Shown here in pieces: positions 52,535-62,545 of a stretch of 64,000 nt of DNA. The first letter of the stretch is position 1. Each line of letters starts with the position of its first letter. The notes beneath the pieces are model-generated. The model searched no databases and was not told where the DNA came from. It worked only from the letters and a program-made list of their open reading frames with translations. The DNA is taken from contig OY970178.1 of the NCBI GenBank assembly GCA_963707915.1, forward strand, positions 1,696,001-1,760,000, given 5' to 3'. This DNA is from Candidatus Eiseniibacteriota bacterium. Its GTDB lineage: Bacteria > Eisenbacteria > RBG-16-71-46. Made by a program: the position numbers and the translations under genes.

Positions 52535-54712
52535 GTGCGCCGCTTGAGGCGCCAGCTCTTCGCCGTCGGCGCGATCGCGCTGCTCGCGCAGGTCGTGCTG
52601 CTGCGCGAGTGCGAGGTCGCGTTCTACGGCAGCGAGCTGGTGCTCGTGCTGGGGCTGGGCGCCTGGCTGCTGGGCGGCGCCGCCGGCGCGGCCGCGGGCC
52701 GGGGCGCGCGACCGCCCGGGGAGCGGGCGGTCCGGCGGCTCTTCGTCGCGCTCGGACTCCTGCTGCCGCTCGCGGTCGCGCTCGCGCGCGGCGTGCGCAT
52801 CCTCTTCGGCGGCGTACCCGGCGCCGACCTGCCGTTCGGCCGGCAGCTTCCCGCCCTCGCGCTCTGCCTGCTGCCGGTCTCGCTCCTGCTCGGCCTGATG
52901 TTCCAGTGGACCGCCCGGCGGTTCATCGCGACCGGCCGTTCGCCCGCGTCCGCCTATGCCATCGAGAGCGCGGGCGGACTGCTCGGCGGGCTGCTCGCCA
53001 CCCTGCTGCCCGCCGCGGGCCTGCAGAACTGGGACGTCGCGTTGCTGTGCGCGGTCGCCGCCCCGGTCGTGTCCTGGCCCCGTTCGAGCGCGGGCCGGGC
53101 ACCCGCCGGGCACCCTCCGATCGCGCGTCGCGCGGCGGCGGCGGCCGGCGCCGTTCTCGCGCTCGCCCTGCTCGGCACCGCGCCGGCTCTCGACCGGGCC
53201 ATGACGCGCTGGAACCACCCGGACCTGCTCGCCACGCGGGACACGCCCTACGGCCGTGTCACCGTGACCGGCGCCCTCGGCCAGGTCGCGGTGTTCGAGG
53301 ACGACGCGCTCGCCGGCGAGAGCCAGGGCACCGCGGCCGAGGAGTTCGTCCAGCTCGCCGCCATCCAGCGCGACTCGGTGGGCCGGGTGCTGGTCCTGGG
53401 CGGGGCCGTGCAGGGGCTGCTGCCCGAACTGTTGCGCCGCCACCCGGTGCGCGTGGACGACGTCGAACTGGACGCGAGGCTGCTGGCGCTGGTCGCCCCG
53501 CGGCTGCCGGAACCGCAGCGCCGCGCGCTCGCGGACCCGCGCGTCCACGTCACCATCGCCGACCCGCGCCGCTTCCTCGAGCGCGCGCGGACCTACGACC
53601 TCATCCTGTCCGGCCTGCCCGAGCCCGAGTCGGGGCGCGCGAACCGGGCCTACACGCGCGAGTTCTTCGCCGCCTGCGCCGCCCGCCTCGCCCCCGGCGG
53701 CGTGCTCGCCCTGCGCCTGCGGAGCGCCGAGAACCTCTGGACGCCGGCCCTCGCCCGGCGCACGGCCGGGGTGCATCGCGCGCTGCGCGAGGTCTTCCCC
53801 GCGACGATCGTGCTGCCCGGTTCCACGAACCTGCTGCTCGCCTCGCGCGCGCCGCTCGAGCGCGACCCCGCGGTGCTGGGCGGGCGCCTGCGCGCGAACG
53901 ACCCGGCCACCCGCCTCGTCACCCCGGCCTACGTGCGCTACCTCTACACCAACGACCGCTTCGCGGAGATCGCCCGCCGGCTGGCCGCGACGCCCGCGCC
54001 CGCCAACCGCGACGCGCGGCCCGCCTGCTACCAGGCCACGATGATGCTGTGGCTCGCGCGCTTCTACCCCGCGCTGGCGCGTTTCGAGCCGCCGGAGGCG
54101 GGCGTCCCGGCGCTCCTGCGCGCGCCGTGGTCGTGGACCGCGGCCGGCGTGCTCGGCCTGGCCTTCCTGCTGGCCCGCCGCCGCTCCGGACCGCGCCGCC
54201 TGCTGCTGGCCGCGGCCGCCGGCTGCGCCGGGATGCTGCTCGAATCGGCGCTCCTGCTCGACTACCAGACGCGCGCGGGAGTGCTCTACCAGGACCTCGG
54301 CGTGTTGCTCACGGCGTTCATGGGCGGGTTGGCACTGGGCGCCGGGGCGCTCGAACGCCTCGCGCGCAGGGCCGGGAACGGACGCCTCGCCGGCGCGCTC
54401 GGCGTCACGGCGCTCGCCGCGCTCGGCCTCGCGTGCGCGGCGGTCCTCCGTGCGGGCGGCGGAGGCGGACTCGCGGGCAGCGCGGCGCTGCTCGGCGCCT
54501 GCGGCTTCCTGGTCGCCGCCGCGGTCGCGTTCGCCCTGCTCCGCGGCGACGCGGACGGCGGTACGGTCATCGGGCCGGTCTATGCCGCGGACCTGCTCGG
54601 CGGTTGCGTCGGCTCGCTGGTCGCGGGCCTGCTCGCGATCCCGATGCTGGGCCTGCCGGCGACCGCGGCGCTGGCTGCCGGGCTCGCGCTGGCCGCGCTG
54701 CTCCTGGTCTGA
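52535..54712 (+). CDS. Polytopic membrane protein with a central spermidine-synthase-like SAM-binding domain
   Basis: QVVLLRE..FYGSEL, AYAIESAG, TPYG, VLVLGG, VELD, ADPRRFL, YTREFF, C-terminal YAADLLG. Confidence 0.8.
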   Translation: MRRLRRQLFAVGAIALLAQVVLLRECEVAFYGSELVLVLGLGAWLLGGAAGAAAGRGARPPGERAVRRLFVALGLLLPLAVALARGVRILFGGVPGADLPFGRQLPALALCLLPVSLLLGLMFQWTARRFIATGRSPASAYAIESAGGLLGGLLATLLPAAGLQNWDVALLCAVAAPVVSWPRSSAGRAPAGHPPIARRAAAAAGAVLALALLGTAPALDRAMTRWNHPDLLATRDTPYGRVTVTGALGQVAVFEDDALAGESQGTAAEEFVQLAAIQRDSVGRVLVLGGAVQGLLPELLRRHPVRVDDVELDARLLALVAPRLPEPQRRALADPRVHVTIADPRRFLERARTYDLILSGLPEPESGRANRAYTREFFAACAARLAPGGVLALRLRSAENLWTPALARRTAGVHRALREVFPATIVLPGSTNLLLASRAPLERDPAVLGGRLRANDPATRLVTPAYVRYLYTNDRFAEIARRLAATPAPANRDARPACYQATMMLWLARFYPALARFEPPEAGVPALLRAPWSWTAAGVLGLAFLLARRRSGPRRLLLAAAAGCAGMLLESALLLDYQTRAGVLYQDLGVLLTAFMGGLALGAGALERLARRAGNGRLAGALGVTALAALGLACAAVLRAGGGGGLAGSAALLGACGFLVAAAVAFALLRGDADGGTVIGPVYAADLLGGCVGSLVAGLLAIPMLGLPATAALAAGLALAALLLV

Positions 54713-54896
54713 GCCGCGCTCCGCCGCCCCCTCCCGACACGGCGACTCCTGCGGACCCGGCGACGGCGCCGCGCCCCCGCGGGTTGCCGGCCGACGGCGG
54801 GCGGATGCTATGCTGCGCGCGCCGGCGCGACGCCGCCGGCGCATCGTCACCGCGCACCCGTTCCCGGGATCCGACCCACGCTGCCTGGAGACCCTG

Positions 54897-56486
54897 ATGG
54901 CCGACGACGCCGCGAAGTTCCCCAACGTGTTCTGGAGCGCCAACGTCACCGAGTTGTTCGAGCGCGCCGCCTACTACTCGATGGCCAGCTTCCTGGTCAT
55001 CTACATGGGCCAGCTCGGGCTCGGGGCCTACTGGCCCTCCAACCTGAACAGCGTGCTGTGGACCATCGTCTACTTCCTGCCGATCCTCTCGGGCACCATC
55101 GCCGACCAGGTCGGCTTCCGCCGCTCGCTGCTGGTGGCCTTCGTGCTGCTCGCCGCCGGCTACCTGCTGATGGGCGCCCCGGTGTGGTTCGGCGGATTCC
55201 AGCTCTCGCCGGTGGTCCACAAGGAGTTCACCGCCTCGCCCGTCCTGGTCGCCACCCTGCTGGCCGCCATCGTGCTGATCGGCGTGGGCGGCTCGGTGAT
55301 CAAGCCGTGCATCTCGGGCACCATGCAGAAGACCGCCGGCGCGCGCGTCACCCTCGGCTTCGCCATCTTCTACATGATCATCAACATCGGCTCGCTGGTC
55401 GGGCGCGGCGTGGCGTTCGTGGTGCGCACCGGGTCGAGCCTGCCGACCATCCTGACCGTGGTCGCCATCTGCGCCGCGGCCGCCGGACTGATCATCTGGC
55501 TGGTCTACCGCTCGGTGGAGTCGCTGAAGTCGCAGGCGGCCCGGGCCGCCATGGCGTTGCCCTACGCCGCCCTGATCGTCGGTGGCGGGTTCGCCATCGC
55601 GTGGCTGCTGAAGCGCTCCGCGCCCGCGGTCCAGACCGGGGCCGGGCTCTCGTACATCTTCGCGGTCGCCGCCGCGGCGTCGGTCGTGGCCTTCCTGGTC
55701 GTGCTCCTCTTCTACCGCGAGCCCGCGGTCGCCGCCGGCACGCCCGCGAAGCCGCGCCGCTCGATGGGACGCATCCTGCTCGACATGGTGCTGGTGCTCC
55801 GCAACCCGCGCTTCGCCCTCTTCCTGGCGGTGATGAGCGGCTTCTGGTTCCTCTACAACCAGGTCTACAACGTGCTCCCGCTCTACGCGAAGCGCGTGGT
55901 CGAGGCCAGCCCGGCGATGGACCTCTACACCGCGGCGAACCCGTTCGTCATCGTCGCCTTCCAGCTGCTGATCACCGCGATGTTCGGGAAGATGCGCGCC
56001 GTGCGCTCGATGGTCATCGGCACGGTGATCATCGGCCTGTCGATGGCCATCAACCTGTTCCCGGTGTACTCGACCGGCGGCGTGCGCGCGCTGGCGGCCA
56101 TCGGCCTGCCGATCGGCTCGGTGTTCCTGATCCTGACGGTCGCGCTCATCGCCTTCGGCGAGCTGTTCACCTCGGCGCGCATGTACGAGTACATCGGCGC
56201 GCTCGCACCCAAGGGCCAGGAGGGCCTCTTCCTCGGCTACGCCAGCCTGCCGGTGGCGGTCGGCTCGCTGACCGGCGGCCCGGTGGGCGCCTTCATCTTC
56301 AACGAGGTGATGGCCAAGGACGCGGTCACGCGCCCCGACGGCCTGCTGGAGCTGAACCCCAACAGCAATGCGCTCGGCTGGATCATCCTGATGGCGATCG
56401 GGCTGCTGTCGGCGCTGGCGCTGTGGCTGTTCAACCGCTGGCTGGAGCGGCACCCCGAGCCCGCCGCATCCACGGCGCAGGCCTAG
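54897..56486 (+). CDS. MFS transporter, POT/PTR2-like
   Basis: TELFERAAYY (ExxERxxYY), GTIADQVG, GGSVIKP, FYMIINIGS, GELFTS. Confidence 0.87.
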   Translation: MADDAAKFPNVFWSANVTELFERAAYYSMASFLVIYMGQLGLGAYWPSNLNSVLWTIVYFLPILSGTIADQVGFRRSLLVAFVLLAAGYLLMGAPVWFGGFQLSPVVHKEFTASPVLVATLLAAIVLIGVGGSVIKPCISGTMQKTAGARVTLGFAIFYMIINIGSLVGRGVAFVVRTGSSLPTILTVVAICAAAAGLIIWLVYRSVESLKSQAARAAMALPYAALIVGGGFAIAWLLKRSAPAVQTGAGLSYIFAVAAAASVVAFLVVLLFYREPAVAAGTPAKPRRSMGRILLDMVLVLRNPRFALFLAVMSGFWFLYNQVYNVLPLYAKRVVEASPAMDLYTAANPFVIVAFQLLITAMFGKMRAVRSMVIGTVIIGLSMAINLFPVYSTGGVRALAAIGLPIGSVFLILTVALIAFGELFTSARMYEYIGALAPKGQEGLFLGYASLPVAVGSLTGGPVGAFIFNEVMAKDAVTRPDGLLELNPNSNALGWIILMAIGLLSALALWLFNRWLERHPEPAASTAQA

Positions 56487-56546
56487 GGACTTCAGCGGGG
56501 CGCCGCGGCACGCACGCCGCGGCGCCCCTAGACGTGGAGGCCGGGC

Positions 56547-57347
56547 CTACAGCTCGCCGCGGGCTCCCAGTCGCTCCGCCTTGCGCGAGGCGATGGCTTC
56601 CTTCGCCAGCGCCCTCAACTCCTGCTCGGCGCGCCGGGAGAGCCGCTCCATCCGGTCCCCGAGTTCCTCCATCCGCTCGCCGAGGTCTTCCATCCGCCCG
56701 GCCGCGGAGGACTCCAGCCGGCGGCCGGCCTCGTCCTGCCGGCGGGAGAGCTCGTCCATCTCGCGTTCGATCTCGGCGGCCCGGCGCTCGTGGTCCGCAT
56801 CCTCGTCGTGGATCTGCAGCAGGGCGAGCCGGGCCGCGAGCGCGCCCTGGCGGGCGCCGAGCCGACCCATCTCCCCACCGATGCGGCCCTGCCGGGCGCC
56901 GAGCTGCCCCATCTCCCCGCCGAGCCGCCCCATCTCCGTCCCGAGCCGACGCATCGGTTCGATGCACGCCCGCGCGCGGGCGAGCATCGAGCGGTCCCGG
57001 ACGACCCACTGCTCCCCATCCTGCGAGAACCAGAAGAAGCTGGCGTGGTCGCCCAGCAGCCCGATCAGGCCCGGGGTCTCCGGCCCGGAGGCTCCGACGG
57101 TGGAATGCGACGCCCCGTCATGGAGGCTCCAGCGGAAACCGTCGACGCTGCCGGAGCGATCGTGGGCGGTGACGACATCGTGCGCGTGGGCGGTGGGGCC
57201 GTGAGCGGCAGGCGCGACCACCCATGGCGCGCGCGCCGCCGGACCGGCGTGGGCGACCATGGGGACGGCGAGCAGCGTCAGTACCGCCAGGGCGGCCCGG
57301 GCGGCCGGCCGGCGGGGGTGGGCGCGGGGTTCGCGGGAAGTGCGCAT
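56547..57347 (-). CDS. Secreted coiled-coil hypothetical protein
   Basis: Signal-like ALAVLTLLAVPMVAHA; heptad repeats MGRLGGE/MGQLGAR/QGRIGGE and MEELGDR. Confidence 0.65.
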   Translation of the reverse strand: MRTSREPRAHPRRPAARAALAVLTLLAVPMVAHAGPAARAPWVVAPAAHGPTAHAHDVVTAHDRSGSVDGFRWSLHDGASHSTVGASGPETPGLIGLLGDHASFFWFSQDGEQWVVRDRSMLARARACIEPMRRLGTEMGRLGGEMGQLGARQGRIGGEMGRLGARQGALAARLALLQIHDEDADHERRAAEIEREMDELSRRQDEAGRRLESSAAGRMEDLGERMEELGDRMERLSRRAEQELRALAKEAIASRKAERLGARGEL

Positions 57348-57522
57348 GAGGTTCCTCCGGTGAAGCGCGTGCACGTGCGGACGCGACGGCCACCGACACG
57401 GGCTCGTCGGCCTGGGAGCTTCACCGGCTTGGACCGGCGAAAGGCCGGAAGGGTTGGAGGACGACGCGGGCCCCGGAGATCCCGCCTCCGGGGCCCGCGC
57501 CCATGATCGTCCGGTCGCCGCG

Positions 57523-60015
57523 CTACTTCCCCCCCGCGTGCGCCGCCAGCTCCTCGGCGGTCCGGTCGCGCATCGCCAGCGCGCCGGTGAAGCACTTCTG
57601 CGCGCACAGGCTGCAGCCGATGCACCGGGAGGCGTCGAAGCGCGGCAGCCGGTCCTGGCCCAGGCCCACGGCGAGGTAGCCGCAGCGCGTGCAGTTGCCG
57701 CACGAGACGCAGAGTTCCTTCGTGAGCGCGGGGATGCGAAGCGTGGGCGACAGCGCCATGAAGTCGACGACCGGGTTCGGCAGCGCGCGGCCGATCAGCT
57801 CTTCGACCGAGCGGATGCCGCGCGCCTGCATCAGGTGCGAGAGCCCCGAGTGCAGCTCGCCGACGATGCCGACGCCGTACTTCATCGCCACCGTGCAGAA
57901 CTGGACCGTCCGCGCGCCCAGCGCGAGGAAGTGCGCGGCCGAGCGGTAGTCCATCGGCCCGCCGTTGCCCGAGACGGTCACGCCCAGGTGCCCGACCGAG
58001 GCCAGCGACAGGTTCGAGATGGGTGCGACGCCGGCGCCGCTCATGCCGACCACGATGCCCTCGTCCCACTCCTGCTTCTTCCCCGGCCGGAAGAACAGCG
58101 TCGGGAAGGAGTTCGCGAGCGTGACCCCGGCCTGCTTCTGCGGGTACTTCTCCAGCACCTGCTTCACCGCCCGCACGATGACCTCGACCGAGGTCACCGC
58201 GCCGGTGAGCTTGAAGAGCTTGGGCACCCGCGGGTCGCCGGTCTCCATGATCCAGTCGACGACCTTGGCGGTGACCGCGGCCGACTGCGAGACGATGGCG
58301 CCCTCGGTGCCGTCGCCGCCCTGCGGGCACGAGAGGCTGAATTCCACCAACTGGGCGCCGGCGCGTTCGAGCTTGCGGCTGTTGGCCTGCCAGACGAGCC
58401 GGTCCTCGGCGTCGTGGCCCGAGACCGGGCCGCCGGTGGAGGCACCGATCAGGCGGTCCGGGTACTCCTTCACCAGCTGCGCCACCTCGTGGCAGACCCG
58501 GTCGAGCGGGTGGTCCGAGACGTTGTCGGAATTGCCGTAGGTCTCGCTGTCGAAGGCGTGCATGTAGTCGGCCGGGATGTGGACGGGCAGGCCGTCGAAG
58601 GCGGTCTTCATGATGCCGCCGGCCCACCCCGCGTCGAGCGCCTTCTTCATCTGTTCGTAGCCGTCAGTCGGCGGGGCGGCCGAGAGCAGGAACGGCGAGA
58701 GGATGCGGCGCCCGAAGAAGTCGGTCTCCAGCGACACCGGTACGTCGTCGTAGCCGGGCACCCGCACGCGGCCCTTGGTCGGCTTGTCGATCCCCGGCGC
58801 CGGCTGCCGGCGGATCCACGCGTCGATCTGGAGCGCGGCGTTCTTGCCCGAGGCCGAGGCCTCGACCACGGTCGAGGGGCCCCAGGCGCCGTCGCCCGCC
58901 GTGAACACGCCCTCGCGGCCGTCGCTCCTGAGCCCGGCGCGGTTGCCGATGGCGACGATCACCTGCGTGATCCCCGGCAGCGTCTGCTCGGTGCCGGCGA
59001 CCGGGGTCATCTTCGACGGGTGGAACGCCTCGCCCGCGGCGAGGGCCACGCGCTGGAGGCGCACGCCGCTCACCGCACCGCCCGCGGCCAGCACGGCCGT
59101 GACGCGCGTGCGGCCCACCAGGTTCACCGGGTGCTCCCGCAGCTCCCGGCGCTCCTTGGGCGTCAGCGGCAGCTCGCTCCACTGCTCGAGCGTGATCATC
59201 TCCACGCCGGTCGCACCGCGCGCGAGCGCCGTGGTGGCGCAGTCGCAGGCGATCGCGCCGCCGCCGACCACGACGACCCGCCCGGTCGACGGCCAGCGCG
59301 CGGGGTCGGCCAGGTAGGCGTTGCCCGGCACCGCGAGCGCTTCGCCCTCGATGCCGAGCGCGATGGGCTGGTGGAGCCCGCCGGCCAGCAGCACGGCGGC
59401 GTAGCCCTGCGCGAGCAGCGCGCCGAAGTCGTCCACCGGGCGGCCGGGGTGCAGTCGGACGCGCGGGTGCTGGAGCAGCCAGGCGATGTCGGTGTCGAGC
59501 ACGGCCGGGTCCATGCGGTGCGCGGGGATGGTCCGGACCGCGCCTCCGGGCTTCGCCTGCCGGTCGAGGACGTCCACCGCGTAGCCCATCTGCGCCAGCA
59601 CCAGCGCGGCCGCGAGGCCCGCGGCGCCCGAGCCGACGATGGCGACCTGCTTCCCGTTGGCGGGCGTCAGGTCGAGCTTCGGCATCACGCCCAGCGCCTT
59701 CGCGCGCGCCACGATCGCCGCCTGCACGTAGGGGATCTCGATGGCGTGGTCGAAGAGCTTGCGCGAGCACGCCGCCTGGCAGTGCGTGTCCGGGCAGACC
59801 GCGCCGCAGACCCCGCCGAGCGGGTTCTTGGTCATGATGAGCGCCGCCGAGCGCGCGAAGTCCGCCGGGGTGCCGCCCTTCGCGGCCATGATGAAGTCGG
59901 CCGGCGAACAGTCGGCCGGGCACGCCTCGGTGCACGGCTTCTCCTCGCAGTAGACGCAGCGCGCGATCTCGGAGGCCAGCTGGGCGTCGGTCAGGAACAG
60001 GTCCAGGTGCTTCAC
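57523..60015 (-). CDS. Fused PreT-PreA-like dihydropyrimidine dehydrogenase (Fe-S/FAD + FMN TIM barrel + ferredoxin)
   Basis: RCVYCEEKPC..CP, NPLGGVCGAVCP, GSGAAG, GGGAIACDCA; LSAAPPT, SCPQG, KLT, SGNGG; CVSCGNC, CIGCSLC. Confidence 0.85.
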   Translation of the reverse strand: MKHLDLFLTDAQLASEIARCVYCEEKPCTEACPADCSPADFIMAAKGGTPADFARSAALIMTKNPLGGVCGAVCPDTHCQAACSRKLFDHAIEIPYVQAAIVARAKALGVMPKLDLTPANGKQVAIVGSGAAGLAAALVLAQMGYAVDVLDRQAKPGGAVRTIPAHRMDPAVLDTDIAWLLQHPRVRLHPGRPVDDFGALLAQGYAAVLLAGGLHQPIALGIEGEALAVPGNAYLADPARWPSTGRVVVVGGGAIACDCATTALARGATGVEMITLEQWSELPLTPKERRELREHPVNLVGRTRVTAVLAAGGAVSGVRLQRVALAAGEAFHPSKMTPVAGTEQTLPGITQVIVAIGNRAGLRSDGREGVFTAGDGAWGPSTVVEASASGKNAALQIDAWIRRQPAPGIDKPTKGRVRVPGYDDVPVSLETDFFGRRILSPFLLSAAPPTDGYEQMKKALDAGWAGGIMKTAFDGLPVHIPADYMHAFDSETYGNSDNVSDHPLDRVCHEVAQLVKEYPDRLIGASTGGPVSGHDAEDRLVWQANSRKLERAGAQLVEFSLSCPQGGDGTEGAIVSQSAAVTAKVVDWIMETGDPRVPKLFKLTGAVTSVEVIVRAVKQVLEKYPQKQAGVTLANSFPTLFFRPGKKQEWDEGIVVGMSGAGVAPISNLSLASVGHLGVTVSGNGGPMDYRSAAHFLALGARTVQFCTVAMKYGVGIVGELHSGLSHLMQARGIRSVEELIGRALPNPVVDFMALSPTLRIPALTKELCVSCGNCTRCGYLAVGLGQDRLPRFDASRCIGCSLCAQKCFTGALAMRDRTAEELAAHAGGK

Positions 60016-60346
60016 GGCGGGTTCTCCCTGTGGGGGTCAGCCCGGCGGACCGCGGGCACCCAGGCAAGGCGTGGGGCGGGCGGACGCGGGGCGCGGATCA
60101 TTCGGTACGATGCGCCGGCGGTTCGAGCGCGACGCGCCCACGAGCGGGGGACGTCGTCGCGGGGAGTCTACGCGATTCCCGGGCCGCGGGGCGAGCCGGC
60201 CCCGCGCGGTCGCGCCCGCCTGGACCGGCCGGCATGGTCCGATGGTCGCATCGTCGCGGGCACGGCCGAGTCGGGTTCGTCCATCGCGGGGCGCGCCGGC
60301 AGCGGGCGAAGACCGTGCTCGCGCCGCCGCGGTCCAGGAAACCACC

Positions 60347-60376
60347 TTGACACGGGAGCGAACCAGCCCTCACAAT
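60347..60376 (+). promoter_or_regulatory. sigma70 promoter of the trp operon
   Basis: TTGACA-N18-CACAAT, ending 6 nt before the leader ATG. Confidence 0.7.
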
Positions 60377-60382
60377 CCTTGC

Positions 60383-60469
60383 ATGCGAAACGACGCTCCC
60401 GTCACTTCCACCCGTTCCTGGGTCTGGTGGTGGCCGACCTCCCTGGAGGTGCGGCGGCGGGATCGTTAG
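60383..60469 (+). CDS. trpL: trp operon leader peptide (28 aa)
   Basis: MRNDAPVTSTRSWVWWWPTSLEVRRRDR, with four Trp codons, directly upstream of trpE. Confidence 0.9.
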   Translation: MRNDAPVTSTRSWVWWWPTSLEVRRRDR

Positions 60470-60493
60470 CGCAGGCTGACTGAACCGACCCAA

Positions 60494-60524
60494 CCCACTT
60501 CCGGGCGACCGGGGGTGGGCTTTT
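60494..60524 (+). terminator. trp attenuator terminator
   Basis: CCCACTTCCGG-GCGA-CCGGGGGTGGG-CTTTT; a competing segment TGGAGGTG lies at 60444-60451. Confidence 0.85.
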
Positions 60525-60570
60525 CGCTTCCATCCGCCCTCGGTCGCGCTTCCAGCGAACCGAGGAACCG

Positions 60571-61957
60571 ATGAAGCCTCCCTTCGACATCGCGGCCGAT
60601 CTCGACACGCCGGTCTCGGCGTTCCTCAAGCTGAGCCCCTTCGGGCCGCGCCTGCTGCTGGAGAGCGTCGAGCGCGGCGAGACCCTCGGCCGCTACTCCT
60701 TCATCGGATTCGGCGGCGGCAGCGACCTCGTGATCGACGAGCACACGCTGCGCGCGGACGGCGTCACCGGGCCCGCCCCGCGCGGGCGCGCGGAGCTGCT
60801 GGCGGCGCTGCGGGCCGCGCTCGCGCGCGCGCCGCGCCCGGGACCGGCGGTGCCGTGGCTGCCGTTCCAGGGCGGGCTGGTCGGGGTCGCGGCCTACGAC
60901 CTGGTGCGCCAGTTCGAGCGGCTGGCGCCGCGCACCCCGGCACGCGACGGCGAGCCGCTGGCCGCCTTCGTCGCCCCGCGCTCGCTGCTGGTGTTCGACC
61001 ACGCCACCCGGCGCGTCGCGCTGCTGCACGCCGGCGACGAGGCCGAGCGCCGCTCCCTGCGCGGCGAGGTGATCGAGGCGTTGCGCGGGCCGCTGCCCGC
61101 GCTGCCGCGCGGCGGCACCCACGGGCCCGCCACGCCGAGCCTCGCGGCGGACGAGTTCCGCGCCGCGGTCGTCAGGGGGAAGGACCACATCCGCGCCGGC
61201 GACGTCTTCCAGCTGGTGCTGGCGACGCGCTTCGAGGGCGAGACCGACCTCGATCCGTTCGCCGTCTACCGCGCGCTGCGCCTGACCAACCCCTCCCCCT
61301 ACATGTACTACCTCGACCTGGGCGGCGTGCGGCTGGTCGGCTCTTCGCCCGAGGCGCTGGTGCGGCTCGAGGGCCGCACCGCCGCGCTGCGCCCCATCGC
61401 CGGCACACGCCCGCGCGGCGGCGACGACGCACAGGACCAGCGGCTCGCGGCCGAGCTGGAGGCCGACCCCAAGGAGGCCGCCGAGCACGTGATGCTCGTC
61501 GACCTGGCGCGCAACGACCTCGGCCGTGTCGCCACGCCGGGATCGATCCGGGTCGAGCCGTTCCGCGCGGTCGAGCGCTACAGCCACGTGATGCACCTGG
61601 TGAGCGGCGTGACCGGGATGCTCGCGCCGGAGTTCGACGCCTTCGACCTGTTCGCCGCCTCCTTCCCCGCCGGCACGGTGACCGGCGCGCCCAAGGTACG
61701 CGCCATGGAACTGATCGACGAGCTGGAGCCGGTGCGCCGCGGGCTCTACGCCGGCACGGTCGGCTACTTCGGCCTGGGCGGGTCGATGGACCAGGCGATC
61801 GCCATCCGCACGCTGGTGTTCGGCGGCGGCCGCTACGCGTTCCAGGCCGGGGCGGGCATCGTCGCCGACAGCGTGCCCGAGCGCGAGCACGCCGAGGTGA
61901 TGGCCAAGGGCGCGGCGCTCGACCGCCGCGCTGCGCCTGGCCGAGGAGGGACTGTGA
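60571..61957 (+). CDS. trpE: Anthranilate synthase component I (apparent frameshift near 61924)
   Basis: DLDTPV, LLESVE..GRYSFIG, GDVFQLVL, NPSPYMY, PIAGTR, EHVMLVDLARND, FPAGTVTGAPK, QAGAGIVADS. Confidence 0.95.
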
Positions 61958-62545
61958 ACCGCCACGTGCTGCTGGTCGACAACTACGACTCCTTCAGCTT
62001 CAACCTGGTCCAGGCCCTGCGCGTCCTCGGCGCACAGGTGACGGTGCGGCGCAACGACGAGATCGACCTGGCCGCGGCCCGCGCGCTGGCGCCGACCCAC
62101 CTCGTGGTGTCGCCCGGCCCCGGCCGCCCGGAGGACGCGGGCCGGTCGATGGCGCTGATCGAGGACGCGCTCGGGCGCATGCCGGTGCTGGGCGTGTGCC
62201 TCGGGCACCAGGCGCTGGCCGCGGTGCTGGGCGGCACCGTGGGCCCGGCGCGGCATGCTGTGCCACGGCAAGGCCTCGGCGGTCTACCACGACTCGCGCA
62301 CCATCTACCAGGGGCTGCCGAGCCCGTTCCCCGCCGGGCGCTACCATTCGCTCGCGGTGGCCGAGGAGGGGCTGCCGGCCGACCTGGCCATCAGCGCCTA
62401 CACCTCCGACGGCGAGATCATGGGCCTCCGGCACCGGCGCTGCGCGGCCGAGGGCGTGCAGTTCCACCCGGAGAGCGTGCTCACGCCGCACGGCGCGCAA
62501 TTGCTCGCCAACTTCCTCGAGACCGCGGAAGGAGACCCGTCGTGA
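61954..62545 (+). CDS. trpG: Anthranilate synthase component II, glutamine amidotransferase (apparent frameshift near 62260)
   Basis: LLVDNYDSF, SPGPGRP, GVCLGHQ, then HGK..RYHSL..GVQFHPES. Confidence 0.93.

Noticed and set aside
54784..54814. sigma70 promoter before the MFS gene (TTGCCG...TGCTATGCT)
   Set aside because: 19-bp spacer and only a partial match; plausible as an extended -10 but not strong enough to list.
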